DNA from: the human T2T-CHM13v2.0 reference genome, Homo sapiens
Strand: one strand, 5' to 3'
DNA: 64,000 nt
NCBI RefSeq assembly: GCF_009914755.1
Contig: NC_060931.1
Shown: positions 53,335-64,000 of the stretch, piece after piece
Position numbering within the stretch: the stretch's first letter is position 1
Layout: each line of letters starts with the position of its first letter
Program-made: the position numbers and the translations under genes
Notes under the pieces: model-generated
Database searches by the model: none
Told to the model about the DNA's origin: nothing
Seen by the model: only the letters and a program-made list of their open reading frames with translations

Positions 53335-53739
53335 GTACGGTGGGAATGGGAAATGTAGACTAAACCATTCAACAAACATTTTTTGAGACCCTAACGTGTG
53401 CAAGGTTCTGAGGCAGGCTTTGAGGATATCAAGGGAAATGAAATAAGCCTAGCGGAGCTTACAGTTTAGGAGGAGCTGAGATAGTGCTGGCAACTGTCAG
53501 TCTTCAGACAGTTAAATTTTCTCTTCATCCTCAAGGCTAAGACATGGAAATAATTGGGGTGTGTTTTCAAACTCAGGAACAAAAGAAAGTTGAATATCAG
53601 GACCGTCACACCCTGAGAATGACAGGCAACTTGTGAGAAATTGTGTCTTTTTCATCACTTAGGAGAGAACAATGGAAATGTAACTATATCACAAAAACTG
53701 GATAACCTCACTTCATATTCTGTCTTCAAATCCTGTGAC

Positions 53740-54455
53740 TACTGTTTTCGAAATACATCCAGAATCTAGCCACTTGCTACCACTCTGGTTCAAGCCACCA
53801 CCACCTCTTGTCTGGATTATGGCAGTCTTCTAGACAGTCTCTGTATTCCCACCCTACCCTCTTTCACACTGTTCTCAAAACTCATTGGCCAGAGTGAACC
53901 TGTGAAAAAATCAGATCATGTCACTCTGTTCAAAATCTTCAGTGGCTTCCTTTCCTGTGAAGTCCTTTATGACCTAGCCTCCTGTCACCTCTTTGATCTC
54001 ATCCCCAACTACTTCCTCCCCGATGGATACACTGGCCTCTTTGATATTCCTCAATTCCAGGCACTATTTCACCTCAAGGCCTTTGCAACTTGGAATCCTC
54101 CCTGCGTGGAATGTTCTTCCCTCAGATATCCGCAGGACTAGCTCCCTTACTTCCTCAGGACTTAATCCAAATGTCACCTCTTCGTGAGCCCTTCCCTGGC
54201 CACTCTATTTAAAATTCTACTCCTTCATATTTCCTATAGCCCTTCTCTGCTTTATTTTTTTTACTTAGCACTTAACATTATCTAATTTATTATATATTTT
54301 ATTGATTTATCATGACTGTTGTCTGTCTCCATCCCTAGAATAAAATTTCCACAAGTGCAGTGATTTTTGTTTGTTCACTGCTATATTCCCACACCAAGAA
54401 GAGTGGCTGGCATGTAGTAGGTCCTTAATAAATATTTGTGAATTAATGAATAAGT
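53740..54455 (+). mobile_element. L2 LINE 3' fragment
   Basis: atccagaatc...tcagatcatgtcactct...ttgttcactgctatatt...taataaatatttgtgaattaatgaat. Confidence 0.75.
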
Positions 54456-55721
54456 AGACAACAGAAAGTGTGTGCATTTTCAATGATAACTAAAATAATA
54501 TAGAATTATATCAAATGGACCAATAGACGAAGAACAAATCTGCTTTGAGTTAAAACACTTGCTATAGTAATGAGCAATGAATCTGCTGCATTTGTAAGAG
54601 TAGTAATTCTTGCAACATATGTCCTAAGGAAAAAGGCTCTAAATGAACCATGCTGTTGGCTTCCTTATATACCCAGAATTCTGAAAGCTGTTTTCCAAGT
54701 TTGCTATAAATGCATCTATTACCTCTACAAATTTCTAGTTTTTAAAGTCACAGTCACTGCAGTTTAAGAGCTATTTCTCAAAAAAGAAAGCCTCCTAAAA
54801 GATGTTACCAAGTCATATGTTCAGTGCTTTTACTAAAGTATGTTTAATCATATTGCCTATTTTCATTATATTTTAAGTAACCAAGATACATATTATCTTC
54901 CTCATTCCACAGGTATTTATTTATATAGAAGACACTGGGCTTGGTGTTTTTGGAGTACATAACAAAAGATGATACCTATCCTCAAGGACAGTCCTGACTA
55001 GCAGGGAAGATTTTCTATAAAATACATATATGTGTGTATATATATATACATGTATACATACATATAAAAATTAGAAAATGATGTGCATTCTAATTTCAAC
55101 ACTTCACTACAATTAAGAATTCCAAAAATAAACAAATTTGATGCCTCTGTAGTTAGCCTACCTGGAATATTATATCATTCTTTACTTTTATAATTATTTT
55201 TATGTTCACCCTACCAATATTTTCTTGTGGATCATTTTTAAATATCTTTAGTGATAAGCACCATATAAAGGTATTTATAATGTAATCAAAACATTTAAAA
55301 AATATATCTCTGTGTATTATTGAAGCACTCTTGCTAACAAATTCATGAATACAAAGAGTTTATCTAACTTCTTATAAAACTTGTACTGTTACCAGCTCCT
55401 TTTACTATTCCCATCTATGCAATTATTCATCCTCATCAAGCTTTCTGCATCTGCTTTGTTAATTACTGATTCGTGCTATGCCTGCTTAGTGTTTCCATTG
55501 GGTTCAGCATCTGCAGCTGTCCAGTTGGCTGCTTTTGAGTCAGCATTGTTTTTACATATCCACAAGAACAATGAACAATCTCATCTTTCTGAGAAACTTT
55601 CCTTTATACCTGTTTCTACATTAACCATTAATATTGAGACAAGATGATCGACTTAATTATATTACTGCTCCATTTTTAGGGCACTGATTTCAAGATCAAG
55701 TTAGGAATTTGTTAAAACTGC

Positions 55722-57277
<1,556 letters not shown>

Positions 57278-57997
57278 TGTAATACTTCACTTTCTATAGC
57301 AGAAGTTCAGTTTTTTGAGAGCATATCATGCTTGCAACTGAAAAAAAAAAAGTTTAATTTCTTAAAAAGAGGTTTTTATCTTATTAACACAAAAAGAATT
57401 AGAACATTATATTTACTTACTTGTAAGTTTCAGATGAGAAACTTAAAAAATGGGGAGGGAAGCTTCTGCAGCCTACCATTATAAAAGAACAGAGCAACTC
57501 TAGTTGCAATACCTCAGATTCTGATAAGCATTACCAGACGCCTCAGGGCAAACTGTGAACATTGTTTCTTGATTCATAAAAGAGGAGGAAAAAAAAAGAA
57601 ATCTAGGAAATAGTTGGTAGAATTGGTTTTTCCTTGGCTTTAAAAAAAATTTCAGCGAAGTTTGAATGCTTTCAGGATGTCTATATCAAGAGAATGGAAT
57701 GTTTTGCAGCATGTCTATATTCAGGAGAATGAAAAGCGTTAAGTAGAAGCCAAATAAAAGAATGCTTTGTGAAACGCCTCTGCCTTTTTACCTCAATGAA
57801 AATAGAACAGCACAAAAACCCTGGGGAACACTGTGATTTTACATGTGTGTAAATGATGTTTTTAATGTTTGTTGGAAATGATTAAGGGAGGAAGGATGTT
57901 TTTTAATCAGCCAAAAAGATACTGCTCTTTATTATATTTTGGAGAAACCAAGATGTGCATTAACTTACTCCTTCCACAGATATTTAAGTTCCTATTA

Positions 57998-58385
<388 letters not shown>

Positions 58386-58409
58386 GAGGGCAATAAAAAT
58401 GATGTACAT

Positions 58410-58860
58410 GCATCAATCAGTCCTTTAGCACATATGACAGGGATGCTGGGGTAAGTAAATCAGAGTCCCAGTTCTCATAGAACTTATACTGGGAGAAAAA
58501 AACAACAACCAAGTCAACAAATGATATAATTTCAGATACAGATAGGTGCTATGAAGCACGGCAAATCGGTAAAGTATGCTAGATGGTAGGTAACTTGGAG
58601 TGATCAGGAAAGGCCTCTGAGAAAGTACCTTTGAGCTAAGACTTGAAGAACAAATGTCAGCCACTTGAAGAATAAGAGTCGGAATTTTTAGGGGACAAGC
58701 GATCTAGGCAAAGGAATTGCAAAGCCAAAAGGCCTGAGATAAGAATAATTTGGCTGATCCTGGACCCACATGAAGGTCAGTATGATTGAAGTCTAGTAAG
58801 CTGGGGGAAAGCGGGTAGGAAAAGAGAGGTAGGCAGGGGCCAGGGAAGGGAGTTTAGACT
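58410..58860 (-). mobile_element. L2 LINE fragment
   Basis: tgatcaggaaaggcctctgag...tttgagctaagacttgaag. Confidence 0.6.
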
Positions 58861-58867
58861 TTATTCT

Positions 58868-59654
<787 letters not shown>

Positions 59655-60017
59655 TAAATAGTGCAGTGACATGACATGATTTATGTTTTTAAAAGCTTGC
59701 CTTGGCATCGCTGAGGAGATTTAATAATATCTTGAACGTTTTTACGTTCTAAGAACAAGATTCAAAAACCCCTAAGACTTCTTTCTTTTTTTCTTTAATT
59801 ATTATTTTTTTAAATTATATTTTAAGTTCTAGGGTGCATGTGCACAACATGCAGGTTTGTTACATAGGTATACATGTGCCATGTTGGTTTGCTGCACCCA
59901 TTAACTCATCATTTACATTAGGTATTTCTCCTAATGCTATCCCTCCCCCTGCCCCCAACTCCACAACAGGCCCCGGTGTGTGACGTTCCCCACCTTGTGC
60001 CCACGTGTTCTCATTGT

Positions 60018-62403
<2,386 letters not shown>

Positions 62404-62466
62404 TATGATGTTAGCTGGTTATTTTGCCCATTAGTTGATGCAGTTTCTTCCTAGCATCAATGGTCT

Positions 62467-63489
62467 TTACAATTTGGCATGTTTTTGCAGTGGCTGGTAC
62501 TGGTTGCTCCTTTCCACGTTTAGTGCTTCCTTCAGGAGCTCTTGTAAGGCAGGCCTGGTGGTGACAAAATTTCTCAGCATTTGTTTGTTTATAAAGGATT
62601 TTATTTCTCCTTCACTTATGAAGCTTAGTTTGGCTGGATATGAAATTCTGGGTTGAAAATTCTTTTCTTTAAGAATGTTGAATATTGGCCCCCACTCTCT
62701 TCTGGCTTGTAGAGTTTCTGCCAAGAGATCTGCTGTTATTCTGATGGGCTTCCCTTTGTGGGTAATCCGACCTTTCTCTCTGGCTGCCCTTAACATTTTT
62801 TCCTTCATTTCAACCTTGGTGAATCTGATGATTATGTGTCTCAGGGTTGCTCTTCTTGAGGAATATCTTTGTGGTGTTCTCTGTATTTCCTGAACTTGAA
62901 TGTTGGCCTGCCTTGCTAGGTTGGGGAAGTTCTGCTGGATAATATCCTGGGGAGTGTTTTCCAGCTTGGTTCCATTCTCCGCATCACTTTCAGGTACACC
63001 AATCAAAAATAGATATGCTTTTTCCACATAGTCCCATATTTCTTGGAGGCTTTGTTCGTTTCTTTTTACTCTTTTTTCTCTAAACTTCTCTTCTCACTTC
63101 ATTTCATTCATTTGATCTTCAATCACTGATATCCTTTCTTCCACTTGATCGAATCAGCTATTGAAGCTTCTGCATGCATCATGTAGTTCTCATGCCATGG
63201 TTTTGAGCTCCATCAGGTCATTTAAGTTCTTCTCTGCACTGTTTATTCTAGTTAGCCATTCGTCTAATGTTTTTTCAAGGTTTTTAGCTTCCTTGCAATG
63301 GGTTCGAACATCCTCCTTTAGCTTGGAGAAGTTCGTGATTACCGACCTTCTGAAGCCTACTTCTATCAACTCGTCAAAGTCATTCTCTGTCCAACTTTGT
63401 TCCGTTGCTGGCGAGGAGCTGTGATCCTTTAGAGAAGAGGTGCTCTGGTTTTTAAAATGTTCAGCTTTTCTGCTCTGGTTTCTCCCTAT
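62467..63489 (-). pseudogene. L1 ORF1p remnant
   Basis: ...RISYPAKLSFISEGEIK...QKHAKL*; start codon reads ATA at 63489-63487; only the C-terminal part appears as an ORF. Confidence 0.9.
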
Positions 63490-64000
63490 CTTTGTGGTTT
63501 TATCTACCTTTGGTCTTTGATTATGGTGACCTACAGATGGGGTTTTGGTGTGGATGTCCTTTCTGTTTGTTAGTTTTCCTTCTAACAGTCAGGCCCCTCA
63601 GCTGCAGGTCTGTTGGAGTTTGCTGGAGGTCCACTGCAGACCCTGTTTGCCTGGGTATCACCAGCTGAGGCTGCAGAACAGCAAATATTGCAGAACAGCA
63701 AATATTGCTGCCTGATCCTTCCTCTGGAAGCTTTGTCTCAGAGGGGCACCCAGCTGTATGAGGTGTCAGTTGACCCCTACTGGGAGGTGTCTCCTAGTTA
63801 GGCTACATGGGGTTCAGGGACCCACTTGAGGGGGCAGTCTGTCTGTTCTCAGAGCTTAAACACCATGCTGGGAGAACCACTGCTCTCTTCAGAGCTGTCA
63901 GACAGGGATGTTTAAGTCTGCAGAAGTTTCTGCTGCCTTTTGTTCGGCTCTGCCCTGCCCCCAGAGTTGGAGTCTACAGAGGCAGACAGGCCTCCTTGAG

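Noticed and set aside
55380-55650. Coding-looking minus-strand stretch (possible pseudogene or transposase remnant)
   Set aside because: Contains stops and I cannot recognise a parent; a tBLASTx or Dfam search would be needed.

Overview
Primate, almost certainly human, genomic DNA. The window holds one protein-coding gene on the minus strand, MATCAP2 (KIAA0895/TMCP2), a tubulin-tail metallocarboxypeptidase paralogous to MATCAP1. I assembled it by hand from seven GT-AG coding exons (52203-52179, 42857-42169, 21545-21402, 20426-20294, 19410-19105, 16328-16231, 12166-12008; 1554 nt, 517 aa). It has a CpG-island promoter at about 52.0-52.7 kb and a ~2.5-kb 3' UTR ending near 9.47 kb. The rest is mostly repeats: about 40 Alus, a two-LTR THE1 (MaLR) element plus a solo THE1 LTR, MER4-type and MLT1/MST LTRs, old L1M/L2/MIR/MER fragments, a Y1 RNA retropseudogene, and an internally deleted L1PA running off the right edge. 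I found no evidence for a wholly new multi-gene system. The most interesting unexplained signals are several templated-insertion or repair scars, an in-frame candidate alternative first exon, an RFX/ZNF143 promoter, a diverged duplicated enhancer-like module, a D-box cluster and a short hairpin. Repeat boundaries and subfamily names come from recalled consensus sequences and are approximate.
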